Shown piece by piece: positions 50,801 to 62,337 of a stretch of DNA of 62,337 nucleotides (the stretch's first letter is position 1; every line of letters starts with the position of its first letter). The notes beneath the pieces were generated by a model. That model saw nothing but the letters and a program-made list of their open reading frames with translations, was not told the DNA's origin and did no database searches. This DNA is from Nemertoderma westbladi. Its lineage: Eukaryota > Animalia > Xenacoelomorpha. The translations under genes were made by a program, and so were the position numbers. The stretch is taken from positions 1-62,337 of the forward strand of contig JAUCBJ010005100.1 in assembly GCA_032718475.1 (NCBI GenBank). Direction: 5' to 3'.

Positions 50801-51709
50801 CGGATCATGGGCCGTGCCATGGCAGAGGAGACCGGGGACGACATCACCAACACGTGCGGAGCGGAGCAGTTGTCGGCTGGCACCTCTGCGGGTGCTGAGG
50901 CGGCTATCCACTCGATGGCGGCAATATTTGAGGATTGGCGCGATGATGGGTGGGGTGTTCTCCTGGTGGATGCATCAAATGCATTCAATGCACTAAACAG
51001 AACGGCAGCTCTGTGGAACGTCCGCCAACTGTGGCCCCAGTGTTCACTGTTCTTGTTCAACAGTTACCGGGGTCACAGCATCCTCATAGTCCGCGGAACA
51101 GAGGAGGTGCTGTTCAGCGAGGAAGGGGACACGCAGGGTGACCCATTAGCAATGCCGTTCTACGCGTCGGGTGCACTCCCTCTTATTCGTCGTCTAAGAA
51201 GCACCAAGACTCGCCAGAACTGGTATGCCGATGACTCCGCGGCAGCAGGAAAGCTAGAATATGTTCTTGACTGGTTCCTCCTGCTGCAGCATCACGGCCC
51301 CACACTCGGCTACTACCCAGAGCCTACGAAATGCTTCCTTGTAGTTGACGAAGCCTTTCTGGATGAGGCCAACAGGGTTTTCGCGGGTCACCCCATCAAC
51401 ATCGTAATGGGACACCGCTTCCTCGGGGGGTTTATTGGTGGGACGGACGACCAGAAGACGTTTGTAGGGGCGAAGGTAGCAGCGTGGGTCGCTTCTGTCG
51501 ATAAACTGTCTGAGATGGCTGAGGCCCAGCCGCAGGCCGCATTCGCAGCGATGGCCTGTTCTCTGCAAAGAGAATGGGCATATCTCCAGCGCGTCACACC
51601 TAACTGTAGCCTTGAGTTTGAGGACCTGGAGCGCGCCATCGCGGAGAAGTTCCTCCCAGCCATTCTCAATGGAGATGTGTCAGTGAAGGAACGTAGCTTG
51701 TTTGCCCTG
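47875..51709 (+). CDS. CRE-like single ORF (Cys-rich N-terminus, repeats, reverse transcriptase); frameshift near 49.5 kb, truncated by LTR insertion
   Basis: ORF 47875 hands over to the frame of ORF 48476 inside the QSGVGAG repeat. The RT stays open until the LTR junction tttgccctg|TGTGAC. Confidence 0.85.
48640..49810 (+). repeat. Coding 21-bp tandem repeats (PQYVSGA-type, then QSGVGAG-type)
   Basis: CCCCAGTATGTGTCGGGTGCC units at ~48640-48830 and CAGTCCGGGGTTGGAGCAGGT units at ~49105-49810. Confidence 0.9.
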
Positions 51710-52240
51710 TGTGACGGGATCCAGGGAGGATCCCGGTTTATCCGGTTTGTTAATTCACGCGTCCCCGCCGTGTGTGAAGAGTGAAAGGGTTTACGTTGTT
51801 TGTCGCATATAATGTTCAGGTATAAGATATAGATATATATATATGATGTCGTACACAGAAGGCGGGAAACGGTAATTAAAGTCCCGGTCCTTCCCTAGCT
51901 AAACTAACTAACCTAACTAGCACCAATATGATACTGAGATAACTGAACTGAAATGATTACTGCCAACTGGCTATATTGCACGGGTGGCCTAATTACTCTA
52001 CCTAATCGATGCCTTTCCCCCCTCTGATTGGTTGATACCCTTGTTGGCGCCCTTTGGAGTGTTCCCGTTCACTCCACCTGTTCTCTCTCTGTTAGGGGTT
52101 TGGCCCCTGACCCTCGTTGTGTGTTTCTCCTTCCCATTTTGTTGGGGTGACACGAGTGATTGGTTATCCAATTTCATGGCCCCCAATATTGCTTATCGGC
52201 TTAACTTTATGGGGTGTTAGCGGAATTGAATAAGCTAACA
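51710..52240 (-). repeat. 3' LTR of C (531 bp)
   Basis: The minus strand reads PPT GGGGGGGAG|TGTTAGC ... GATCCCGTCACA, homologous to the A LTR. Confidence 0.9.
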
Positions 52241-52949
52241 CTCCCCCCCATGCTATCTTCCCGGTGAGAAGATAGCATCCACCTCAAAGTGCGCAACAAT
52301 CCCGCTGGATCCCGATCTAGTATCGGGTGTGGGGTGGAATTCTTTTCTCTCGGAGCCGGCTTTCCAGGCCGCTCCCTATGGGTATGATAACGCTACCCTA
52401 TATGCCTGGCGTCCCATGTCGGGCCGATCGCGCTCACCTCTCATGCGACTTTTGTTTCCCCAACACTTTCGCCCTATCTCTTCTCCACTCTCACCCTAAC
52501 TCTCTCATACCCTCGGACCTCCTCGTCCCTCACTCAGCCTCTTATTCTCCCCCCCCACACTAGAATTGCGTCCGCACTCTCTCCGTACTTCGCATTGTTG
52601 CTCCATCTCTCTTTGACTACTCTATCCCTTCTGACGAGTCTCACCCCCCCCCCCCTCTTGTGCCGTCGCACCCAAGAAGTGTGAAATCGTCTGGCGTCTC
52701 GTCCCTAGTGCCATAGTCAGTTAGCCCCCCAGTCCCAGTAGCTAATTGAGAAAGGTTGTATGACTATAGTACTTACTTCGAACATATATTTTACTGCTAA
52801 ACTACTGATTACTACGTACGTACATATAATTGCACTTATTTATTATTTTGCATCAGTTTAATTTGTACTTAATAGTTCGTACGTCCCACGCGGCGCCTTC
52901 CAGGCGTACCACGTCCAAGTCTCAGTTTCTCTCCCCCGGCCCTGGGAAC

Positions 52950-54503
52950 CTATCTGTTCCTCTGGAGATAGTTCCCTCTGGCGTCCTCTTCCCTGGGTCG
53001 TTTCTTGGTTACTACCGCTCCTCTGGTATCCGCTTTCTGCTTTCGGACTTTCGCCGCCACCTCCCTACTGATCCCGGTTGTTGGCTCCTTGGGCGCTGGT
53101 GTTATTAGTGCCCGATATCGCTTCGCCGGTGGCCCCTCAGAGTGGCCCTGTTCTCTCCCTCTGGTGGCGTCCCATAGGATCATCTTCATTGCTCGCGGCA
53201 CGTGCTCCGCCAAGAAATCCCTAAACTCCCCTCGGTTCTGTGGCGTCCACCTGTCCAAATATCTTTGCGTATTCATCACTCCGGCATACGACGCCGCCGT
53301 TGCTACCTCTTGATAGGTAAACGGTAGCCTCCGCTTTATGATTTCCATGTGAGCCTCCTGATTGATAAGGAAGAAACCCCACTTGAACTCCTGGGCCTTC
53401 ATGCGCTGGCGCGTCATGGCTCCGACGTCGGCCCACTCCTCGAATCTTCTGAACTTCTCTTCGTCGTCCATCCAGTCGCACTGGCGTCCGTAGCGTCCTC
53501 GAAAGTTGCACTTCGGACATCGGTTATGCAACCGTGGACACGCCCCCATCCTGTGGCTCGACTCGCGGCAGTAGAGACAAAAGGTTCCCTTTTGGAACCG
53601 GTACAAACAGCTCCTTTCCTGGTGGGTCTGTCTCCCACAGTAGTCGCAACCGAGTACCAATGTCTCCCGCCCCACGTCGTCTTTCGTCCCAAGCGATCTC
53701 CGCGGTCTGTGGAGTCGCTGGTAGGCGAACTTCTGCACGTTGGTGTCCCTGTCTACGTCGATCTCTCCGCCCCTCTCGTCTCCCCGAATACTACCCGTGG
53801 TGCCGTCCCCGGTTGCTCGCCCAACCTGATAGTGCTCCCCGCGAAATCCATCGCCGGCTCCTCGTGCACCCAGGTCCGCTTGCCGGATCTGTCCCAGAAG
53901 GCCCTCGCCCCACTGGCCGTCACCACCCTCCCGCCAACCCAGTCCGTGTCCGAGTGGCCTATCCTCTCGATGGGCGGCACCTCTCCGAACCCGTCGTCGT
54001 CCTCGTCCTCCTCTCGCAGTGGTTCCAACCCCGGTATCCTGGTGGACCCACTATGTCCCTTCCCACCTTGGTTCTTGCCCGTAACTCTCCATTCCTCAAG
54101 CTCCCCTAGCCTCCTTTACGGTTGGTCGCCCTCGGCGCCCACTGGTATGGGCATCGCTTGCAATCCCGACGTCGACTGTTTCGGTGATCCCACCGTCCAC
54201 CCCAGTTCTTTCCCTAGAGACTCCCCCGAACTCCCTGACAAAGCCCAACGAAGTTCGTCTAAGGCTGCTTGTTCCTCTAAGCCGTAGCTCTGCGCCCTAG
54301 CTTCCTCCTCCCTCTCCTCTGCTTCTCTCCTCTCTCACAAGTTTGCCTGCCATCTCGAACTCTGCCCGATCGCTCACCCGTAGGGGGTGCCTTGCCAAGG
54401 CACAAACGTGATGAGTGATGGGTTTAGGTGGTTTAAGTTCAGTTCGATGGCCTATCTCTTTCTGAATTTCTGAGTTATTGCCTATTCTTACTACTGTTAC
54501 CAT
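52950..54503 (-). pseudogene. Element C extra 3' ORF: 3 CCHC-type knuckles plus FEEWAD..T..R..WGF domain (frameshifted, no exonuclease-like part)
   Basis: CDYCGRQTHQERSC, CLYCRESSHRMGAC and CPKCNFRGRYGRQC, then FRRFEEWADVGAMTRQRMKAQEFKWGFF. Confidence 0.7.
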
Positions 54504-54744
54504 AATTTGTTCCCCTTCTTAGCCCTATTCTTATTCTAATTTTATTTTGATTTTAATCCTACTGTCCTATTACTTGCTACTGCCTATGGATTATTCTATC
54601 TCCTAATCCACATTCTGGCCTACTCTGTGGGCCTGTGCAGTACAGCAGTATATGTCGCGCGGCCTACACGATCTATCCAACTGTACTCATATGCCCCCCT
54701 CTCGCTACTAACTGCTAATTAATATCTATATTATATACCCTTCT

Positions 54745-55185
54745 ACCTCTTACTCTCTCTCTAACTAACGGTACTACGTACCCTCTAACTCTTACTCTCT
54801 CTCTAACTAACGGTACTACGTACCCTCTAACTCTTACTCTCTCTCTAACTAACGGTACTACGTACCCTCTAACTCTTACTCTCTCTCTAACTAACGGTAC
54901 TACGTACCCTCTAACTCTTACTCTCTCTCTAACTAACGGTACTACGTACCCTCTAACTCTTCTCTAACTAACGGTACTATGTACCCTCTAACTCTTCTCT
55001 AACTAATGGTACTACGTACCCTCTAACTCTTATCTAACTAACGGTACTACGTACCCTCTAACTCTCTAACTAACGGTACTACGTACCCTCTAACTCACGG
55101 TACTACGTACCCTCTAACTCTCTCCTAACTAACGGTACTACGTACCTCCTAACTAACTAACTAACTCTAGGTACTACGTACCTTC
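54745..55185 (-). repeat. Internal tandem array of C (GGTACGTAGTACC core x12; 42-bp, then shorter units)
   Basis: Cores at 54770, 54812, 54854, 54896, 54938, 54973, 55008, 55043, 55075, 55099, 55134 and 55170. Confidence 0.9.
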
Positions 55186-55338
55186 TTACTGACTAACTTC
55201 TGCCTACTAACTGCGTACCTACTATGTACTATTATTTTATTTTTAGTTTCTATTTTTTATGTGTGGGAAGGGCGTCTCGCCCTCAATCCCACCCCTCTCA
55301 GTCCAAAGCTTGGACGACTAAACTCTTCTCTAACTCCA

Positions 55339-58300
55339 CTAAGGTGCCCCTTCTAACAGACAGCATTTCCCTACAGCTCTCCTGTAGGTTTTTCTGTCCT
55401 TTGCACCTATCTTACCACCTATCTGCACTTCTACCGATCGGACTCTTCCGTCCTCATCGGAGTAAGTGCCTACAACTCTCGCCAACCGCCACTGGTTGTT
55501 GATGATAGTATCATCCGTAACGATTACGAGATCTCCATCTCTTAACTCCCTATTCGGCTTCCTCCACTTGCTTCTTTTATGGAGCGTGGGTAGGTATTCT
55601 TCTACCCACCTCCTCCAATACTCTGCGCTTATTGCTTTAGTGACTTTCCAACTCTGGCGGGAGTGTATGTCATCTGGTTCTACACCCCGCATATCGATGG
55701 TCGCTGGCCTTTCCATCAGAAAGTGGCTAGGCGTCAGCACGTCTAGTGACTCAGGGTCATCATTCTCCGGATATAGCGGTCTGCTATTAATGATCCCCTC
55801 GCACTTCGCAAGCACTGTCCGTAAGACGTCCTCAGTGACCATGTGGTTGTTCATTAGCTTCGTCATTAGACGCTTTGAACTGCCCACCAGTCTCTCGACG
55901 CATCCTAGTGTATGTGGTGCATACGGCATCCTTCTCTCCCACTTTACTTGTCGTCGTCTCATGCCCGCCCTGACTTCCTCCCCTTCCAAGATGTCCAAGG
56001 CCTCTGCCATCTCATTCTCTGCGCCCACAAAGTTGGTGCCGTTGTCGCTGTATATCACTGCGATCGTCCCACCTTTGCGGTCTCTAAACCTTTCTAATGC
56101 ATTAATGAATGCTGATGCGGTTGCATCTTGGGCGAGTTCTATCCCTACCGCCCGCGTGTTGTTACATATGAAGATGATACCGTAGCGTTTCTCCGTGTGC
56201 CGCATCACCTTGATCTTTATCGGCCCGAACATGTCCACACCGCAATGCGTAAATGGCGGGTCGTGCTGTCTTACTCTACTCGCTGGTAGTGGCGCCATCT
56301 CTTGTATGGCTCGCTCCTTCTTCGCTCGTCGGCAGGTCTGGCACTGCCCCACTACCGCTTTCACCTTCTTCCTCAACTGTTTGACCCAAAAGGTCCTCCT
56401 TATCTCCGTGAGAGTTCTGTTGGTGCCCCCGTGCAATATCGACTTATGGGAGTCCCAGATAATCTGGTGAACTATTGGCGATCCTGTTGGAATGATGATG
56501 GGTATCGGTGGTACGATTATGCTGTTGTTGTATCCCACCCTAGAATTCATTACTAGAATTCCGTCGTCATTAAGTTGTGGTGACAGCGTGATCAGCTCGC
56601 TGTCCCGTCGAAGGTGCTGTTGGTTACCGACGCGTTCCACCTCGTCGCCATAGTTCTTCCGTTGTTCATAGCGGATGACTGCCTTGGCCGCTCCTTCCAG
56701 ATCTATGGATGTCCTGATCTTCTTGTCTTTGCCGACTCCCGCGAGGAAATTCCCGAAGGCTCTCCAGTACGCCACTAATTTCTTGGTCTTATACCAACTA
56801 GAACTGTAGCTGAGGAGTTTATCCGTCGGGTTATCGCATAGTTCTTGTTTTGGTTGCACGTCCCTAATCTCCCTCACCATCTGGGAGTATATCTCTTCTC
56901 CCTCTGAATCTCCCTCTTCTCCCTCTGACACTACTTCTGAGCCCGGGTCCACCTTTCTCATCGGCGGCCAGGCCTCCTTATCGCTCAGAAATTGTGGCCC
57001 GTGTTGCCACAATCCTTCCCTTTTTAAGAAAGTGTGGCGTGCCACGCCCCGTGATAACAAGTCCGCTGGGTTCTCATCCATTGGGCAGTTGTGCCACCTT
57101 TCCAATTCTGTGGTCGCCCTTATCTCGTCCACCCTATTTGCGACGAATATTGGGTATCTCGTCCTTTCGTTATGTAGCCAACCAAGCACTACCATGGAGT
57201 CCGTCCAGTAGTGTGTCTCCACTATGTTGGGAATAGTATCCACTAGGTAGGCTGTGGCTCTAACTCCTAGTCTCGCAGCTGTCAATTCTAACTTGGGAAC
57301 TGATGCTGAATCTGGCGGCGTTGACTTTACTTTGCTAAAGGCCAGTCTGGGCTTGTGAGCCCCCTCTCGTTGTACTAAATAGAGTGCCGCTCCGTACGCC
57401 TCCAACGACGCATCGGAGAACATGTGTAGGTCCAGATTCGTCATGTTCCCATCCGGGAAATACACTCGTGGCATGTTGTATGTTCCCATCTTCTCCAAAT
57501 CTCCTGTCCACTTACTCCACTGTTTCTTGATTTCCTCTGGTACCTCTATGTCCCACTCATCCTTCAATTTGTATACTCTCTTGAGTATCTGTTTCCCCGT
57601 GACTAATAATGGGGATGCTAGGCCTAGGGGATCGTATATCCTTGCTATATATGATACATAGCCCCTCTTCGTGTGGATGTCTGCGCCCTCCTGGCTCTGC
57701 TGATACTTCAGTTCGTCTGTCTCCCTGTTCCACACAATTCCCAATGCCTTCTGTTGAGATTCTGTTCTCTTGTTCGCCATGTCTTGCCCTTTGGCTGTTG
57801 TGGGATTATCCATGGTCGATTCTGGTCTCTTGTCCTCTATCGCCTTGATAAATTCTTCCAAACTGGATTGGAATTTGGTCAGGTTAAAGCCGGATCCTTT
57901 TAGGATGTCGCGAACCTCGTGCCCTGTGTCCAGTATCTCCTTAACCGTATTTTGTTGACAAGCCGGCACAGCATTCTTAAAAATGCAGCTGCAATGCAGC
58001 ATGCCGATCCTAGTAGTAACCGTATTTCCAGACTCCATTCCATCGTCTACGTAGAAGCCGCGTCGAATCATATCGACGGCCCTAGTGCTGTATCTATCTT
58101 CCTTCCCCTTCACTGAATCTCTCACTGCCATAGTCGTCGTAAATGAAGACGACTTGGCTCCCATGTTTTGTACTACCATCTTATATGCCGGTATTATCGA
58201 CGGTTCTTCCTCGCCGTTATACCATAAGAAGCGTTGACTGTCGCTATCTTCCTCTGTTACGCGGACTTGGTTGAACATGCCTTCTATGTCACACGTGAAG

Positions 58301-59479
58301 GCGTGTTTCCCATTTCTAAATCTAAGTAGGACCTCTATGCCCGAGTTGTATATGTTTGGACCTTCTAACAGATAGTCGTTTAAGCATTTTCCGTTGGTCT
58401 TTGCTGATGCGTCAACTACCATCCGCAGTTTACCTTTCTTTGGGTCTAAAGCCACGTGCGAGTGGCAGGTAATATGTCCTGTCCGTGTTCGGTTCGTCGA
58501 CCGGTAACTCCACGGCCCACCCTTTCTCGACGTACTTCTTAATCGTTCTGTGGATGTACTCATTCTTCTCGGGGCTCCGTTTTAGTGTTTGTTTCAGCTT
58601 GCGGAGTCTCGTGAGTACCATCCCTCTATTATCGGGCAGTGGTATCTTCGGTAGTTTCCATACCATTCCTATGGTGTACCGCCCCTCGTCGCACTTCATA
58701 GACTCCTCCACGCTTTGTAAAGCCTGCTTGTCTTCTACCGAGGTCCCGACCCCGGTCTCTTTCAGTCCCTCGAAATCTTGTCTGAGCAGTCTTTTAAGCT
58801 GCTCCTCTGCTCCCTCATCACCCATTTCCTGCATTGTTCCCGCGAACATGCATCCTGATGTCTCCGACATCCTAAATGGTATCTTGCTCTTGATTGGGCC
58901 ACTCAGCGTCCACCCGAATGGTGTTAATATCGCCACCGGGTCACACTGCTTGTCTTCGCCGAAGACCGTTTGCATTCTTTCGTGGGCCGTTGGGCAGTCC
59001 ATTCCTACTATGATGGATACCTTCCTAACGTCCACATCTGGGATTGAGAAGTCAATGTCGTCCAGGAATTTATATTGCTCGACCTCGATGTTGGTTGGCC
59101 GCCTGGCATTGATATTAATTGACTCTATCACTTGGATGGGGTCGATGGTTGCCCCATAGTCGCATCCCGGTGCCACCGCTGCAATTGCGCACCGTCCGGT
59201 TCTCATCTCCAGGATCTCATCTTTGCTAGAGATGGTTGTTACCGCCATTCTGCTTGGCCTCGTTCTCAATCCTATCTCTTCGGCCACCCATTCCTCGACT
59301 AATGTGAAGGCAGCTCCACTATCAACCAGCATTAGTGTTGTTACTGATCGATTGCCTTCTCCAATCACTCGCACGGGTACTACTCCAAGTAACACCGTTC
59401 CTCTCTTCTTCGCCCCTACGTGCTCGTTGCCATCGTTTGGCCTCTCCTTTGACCGAACTTTACCGGCTTCTCCTTGCAT
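55339..59479 (-). CDS. pol: Element C pol (PR-RT-RNase H-IN), one frameshift near 58450
   Basis: LVDSGA; KLRMVVDAS..DIEGMF..FYVDD; MFSDAS..YWTDS; H..ILHGG..C..C, CGVDMFGP, SDNGTNF, INSRPL and LTPSHFL. Confidence 0.93.
57953..58016 (+). mobile_element. Minimal RTE-type LINE 3' tail insertion with an 11-bp TSD
   Basis: TSD TAACCGTATTT at 57942-57952 and 58017-58027. The insert matches the reverse complement of ~35192-35256 and ends in TAGTAG. Confidence 0.92.
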
Positions 59480-62337
59480 TCCCTAGCTCTATGTCCACTC
59501 ATCACACATCGCGAGCAGATCTTATTGCTCAACGCATAATCTATCTGATCTTGCCTAGGTAGCGCCTGCCAGTACCTGCAGTTCATGGTTTGATGAAGCG
59601 CATTTGCGTGTAGCTGGCATTTGCTCTTTGGGTCGTAGCCCTCCTTATACAGTGCATCGCGTATCGCAGCTGCGTTTGTACCAAAGTCCCTACTATTCTT
59701 ATTGTTTGGATTCGGCCTACTGGACGTACTGGGGTTATATTTATTCGTGTTGTTATTGTTCCCCTGTCCGTTCCATGGTGTGGTCTTATCTTCGGCTAGC
59801 TGTGGACTCGTAGTCCCCTGCGTCGCTGCATATGGCAATGATTGCCTGAGCCTCGGTAATGCGTTTGATGTATTGTGCTCTGGTTTCGGTCTATGGTAAT
59901 CCGTCTTCGGTCCCTTTCCCAGGCTATCTTCGCTATAGACTGGGTCAGTTATTAGTTCAGCCTCGTAGTTTAAGAAGCTTGACATTTCTTCTAAACCCGG
60001 TTCCACACCCTTCTTGTCTCGAGTGGAGAAAGCGATTTTCCTCCACTTGTTGCGCAGCCAGTTCGGTAGTGCCTGCGCTATCGTGGTGATGTTATTGGAC
60101 GCGTTGAGCTCGTATGGCGCGTCTAGCGTCTTCAGCACGATTAGCGCCTTTTCGACTTTGTTAGCGAACGTCTTAATGCTAACGGGATTATCCTGTAGGC
60201 CACCCGATGTTATGCCTCTCAGTGTCTGTCTGATGATCTTGGCCGGGTGCCCGTATTCCCTGTCCAGTGCCCGCCATGCTGTCGTGAAACCGCCCTCTAT
60301 GCCTTGATATTGCCTCACGATATCGTATGCTGGGCCTCCCGTGTATACTTGCAGATACTTTAGGCACTCCGCCTGCGTCAAGTTCTTTGTTAGTATTTCG
60401 TTACTATACATGCGCCGAAACTGTAGATATTCTTCCGGCCTACTCCCATCGAATTTGAATGGTTCCACGGGTGGTAACTCGATCCTCGTTTTCAACGCAT
60501 CGATCAACGTGGCCATCCCCATCGCCTGCGCTTCCAATGGGTTCGATGGATGCTGTATGGTTTCTCCTGTCTGGTGCGGTCCGTCCGTCCTATTTCCTTG
60601 ACTTTCTTTGACTTGGGTATGTCATTGGGGGTAGCGGCCCCCTCCATATTTCTGTATCACACGACCTATTTTCATCCAAGGGACTCGTTGTTCTTGCTCC
60701 TATCGGGGTATATTGTTGATATTGTGATGGGGGAATGTCACCCTGCCCCCCCCCCCCCCCCACCGGTATGTTTGGTACTGGGGTTGATGTTAATATGTTG
60801 GGGCCCATACACCTATCCGCAATAATTCCCCCCTCCCCTGGGTATATGTTATGTCCCTGCATGCTGTAGTCATACTGCTGTACTGGTACCGGTATAGGCC
60901 TATCAGCTTCTGGCCTACCCGCCGGTATGTATTCCGCGACTTCCGGGTTTAATCCCGTTGTCCGCGCTATCCTATCGCCTACATTGCCTCTGTCAGTATG
61001 GCCTATGGTATGTGCAGTAAGGCCTACAGTATGTCCTACAGTCTGCATGTGTCGCTCGGGATCGAAGTTTATTCTTCTCGAACAGTCCTCCCCGCGGCTA
61101 CCGTATTCTCGATCGGTAGGTGTATTCCGTCGGAAAGTTTCTCTTCGACCCCCCCCCCCCCCCTCTACTGTTCTCGTCTTCGTACCGGTACATCGCGTAC
61201 CCCTCCATCGGCGCGTAATACGCCTCACCAGGTCGCATCTCTCCGGGGCGACGGCAATCTCCCGGAGTCCGACCCCACTGACTCTCCGTTCTCATCTCGA
61301 CTACCGACGGCTCGCTATCCGTCCTCGCTCTTCTATCGTTCGCGGCGATACTTCTACTACTGTCTTCTCTTCTTCTCCTTTCAGTGGAGTATTCCCGCTC
61401 GTGAGATCTCTCGTCGACCTCCCGGTTAAACCCCACTGTTCTTCTTCCCTCTTCTGATCGGGCTCGACGCTTCGTCCGCCCTCTCACGACGTCAACCTGT
61501 CTCTCTCTGCTCGGTCGCACGCCGCTGGGGATACTCACAATCCCCCTATTACTCTCCGTCGCCGGGTGTTGCGGTTTACCTATTTCGGCCCGCGCATTAT
61601 CCATTGACGTCTGTGGGACACTCTCTGCCCCCCCCTTTTTGCCGCTAACTCGCTGTTGTGGGGCCCCTGTAGCCCCCCCCCCCCCACTCGCCACATCTAA
61701 CTTCGCTATCCCTCACCCCGCTACTATATCCCTCTCTAGTCGACACATCAACCCTACCACGGTCGGGTCTATTCACCCCCGCCTCTCCCTCTGCTATTGC
61801 GTGGCCTACCAGGCCCTCTACTCCCTGCCTACCAACTACGTGGCCTACCAGGCCCTCGCTGGGTCTACCCGACCCAGCCACTCCCTGCCTACCAACTACG
61901 TGGCCTACCAGGCCCTCACTGGGTCTACCCAACCCAGCCACTCCCTGCCTACCAACTACGTGGCCTACCAGGCCCTCTCTGGGTTGGCTCAACCCCGCCA
62001 CTTCCGGCCTACCAATTATACGGGCTACCAGGCCCCCGTCTGCCTGGCCATACACGCCCGACGTGTTTACGTTAATAGCACCCATATTGGAAACGGAATT
62101 AATTTGTTCGTTTGAAACAAAATCATTTGAATTATTTTGTAAATTCGGGCTTGGATCATTATTTAAATTATTTGAATTATTATTATTTTCTAAATTTAAA
62201 TTATTATTCGGATTATTTTGCACGTTCAAATCGAAATTATTATTTGTATTTAAATTTAAATTACTGCTACTAGGTAAAGTATTATTTGCTGCAATAAAGG
62301 TTTGGTTAGAGTTATCCCATACGGTACTATTAATATT
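59416..62337 (-). CDS. gag: Element C gag (partial; frame breaks at poly-G runs)
   Basis: Near-identical to A over EAQAMGMATLIDALKTRIELPPVEPFKFDG...DPVYSEDSLGK, with knuckles CQLHANALHQTMNC and CSRCVMSGHRAREC. Confidence 0.88.

Larger units (their letters stand above)
47748..51709 (+). mobile_element. CRE-like non-LTR retrotransposon (5' part plus RT), interrupted by element C
   Basis: An N-terminal CCGC..CVRCSC..C..C.P..C.N motif and a 7-aa repeat linker precede the RT: GGAGP..RLIALDKCPGVRPIGIGE..LVDASNAFN..QGDPLAM..WYADD..GYYPEPTK. It is the same clade as the 3' fragment at 2460-3530. The 5' boundary is approximate. Confidence 0.9.
51710..62337 (-). mobile_element. BEL/Pao LTR retrotransposon 'C' (near-complete; runs off the window end)
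   Basis: Minus strand carries the 3' LTR, PPT, extra ORF, tandem array, pol and gag. The LTR and gag-pro are homologous to A. Confidence 0.93.

Noticed and set aside
53349-62115. Numerous plus-strand ORFs over element C, and antisense ORFs over A, B and D
   Set aside because: They are shadow frames of retroelement coding sequence.

Overview
This is eukaryotic, probably invertebrate-animal DNA, and almost all of it is nested mobile elements. Bases ~1-11.5 kb hold scattered minus-strand exons of a degraded host gene with beta/gamma-crystallin-like motifs. Interleaved with them are a foldback-like minisatellite element, the 3' end of a CRE-type LINE, an RTE-type LINE split by a TTAA piggyBac-like element, a Gypsy-type integrase relic and a LINE endonuclease relic. 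Bases ~11.5-62.3 kb hold four BEL/Pao LTR retrotransposons from two sister pairs, which I label B, A, D and C. B (+, ~11.5-29 kb) contains A (+, 17011-24146, gag-pro only, non-autonomous). D (+, ~33.5-47.7 kb) is interrupted in its 3' region by a CRE-type LINE, which is interrupted by C (-, 51710 to beyond the window end), which in turn carries a 75-bp LINE tail. Three observations stand out. (1) B and D carry a large extra ORF in the env position, behind a splice-acceptor-like site; it combines a WRN/EXD2-like DEDDy 3'-5' exonuclease fold, three CCHC knuckles and a conserved 'AD..T/Q..R..GF' domain, and C has a shorter version. (2) B and D each carry their own short palindrome, repeated 8 and 6 times at homologous positions in and out of coding frames, with different stems but a shared YGCG core. 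(3) A has no tRNA-type PBS; its post-LTR leader is complementary to its own LTR in self-priming geometry. All family assignments come from motif recognition by eye, and no database search was run.
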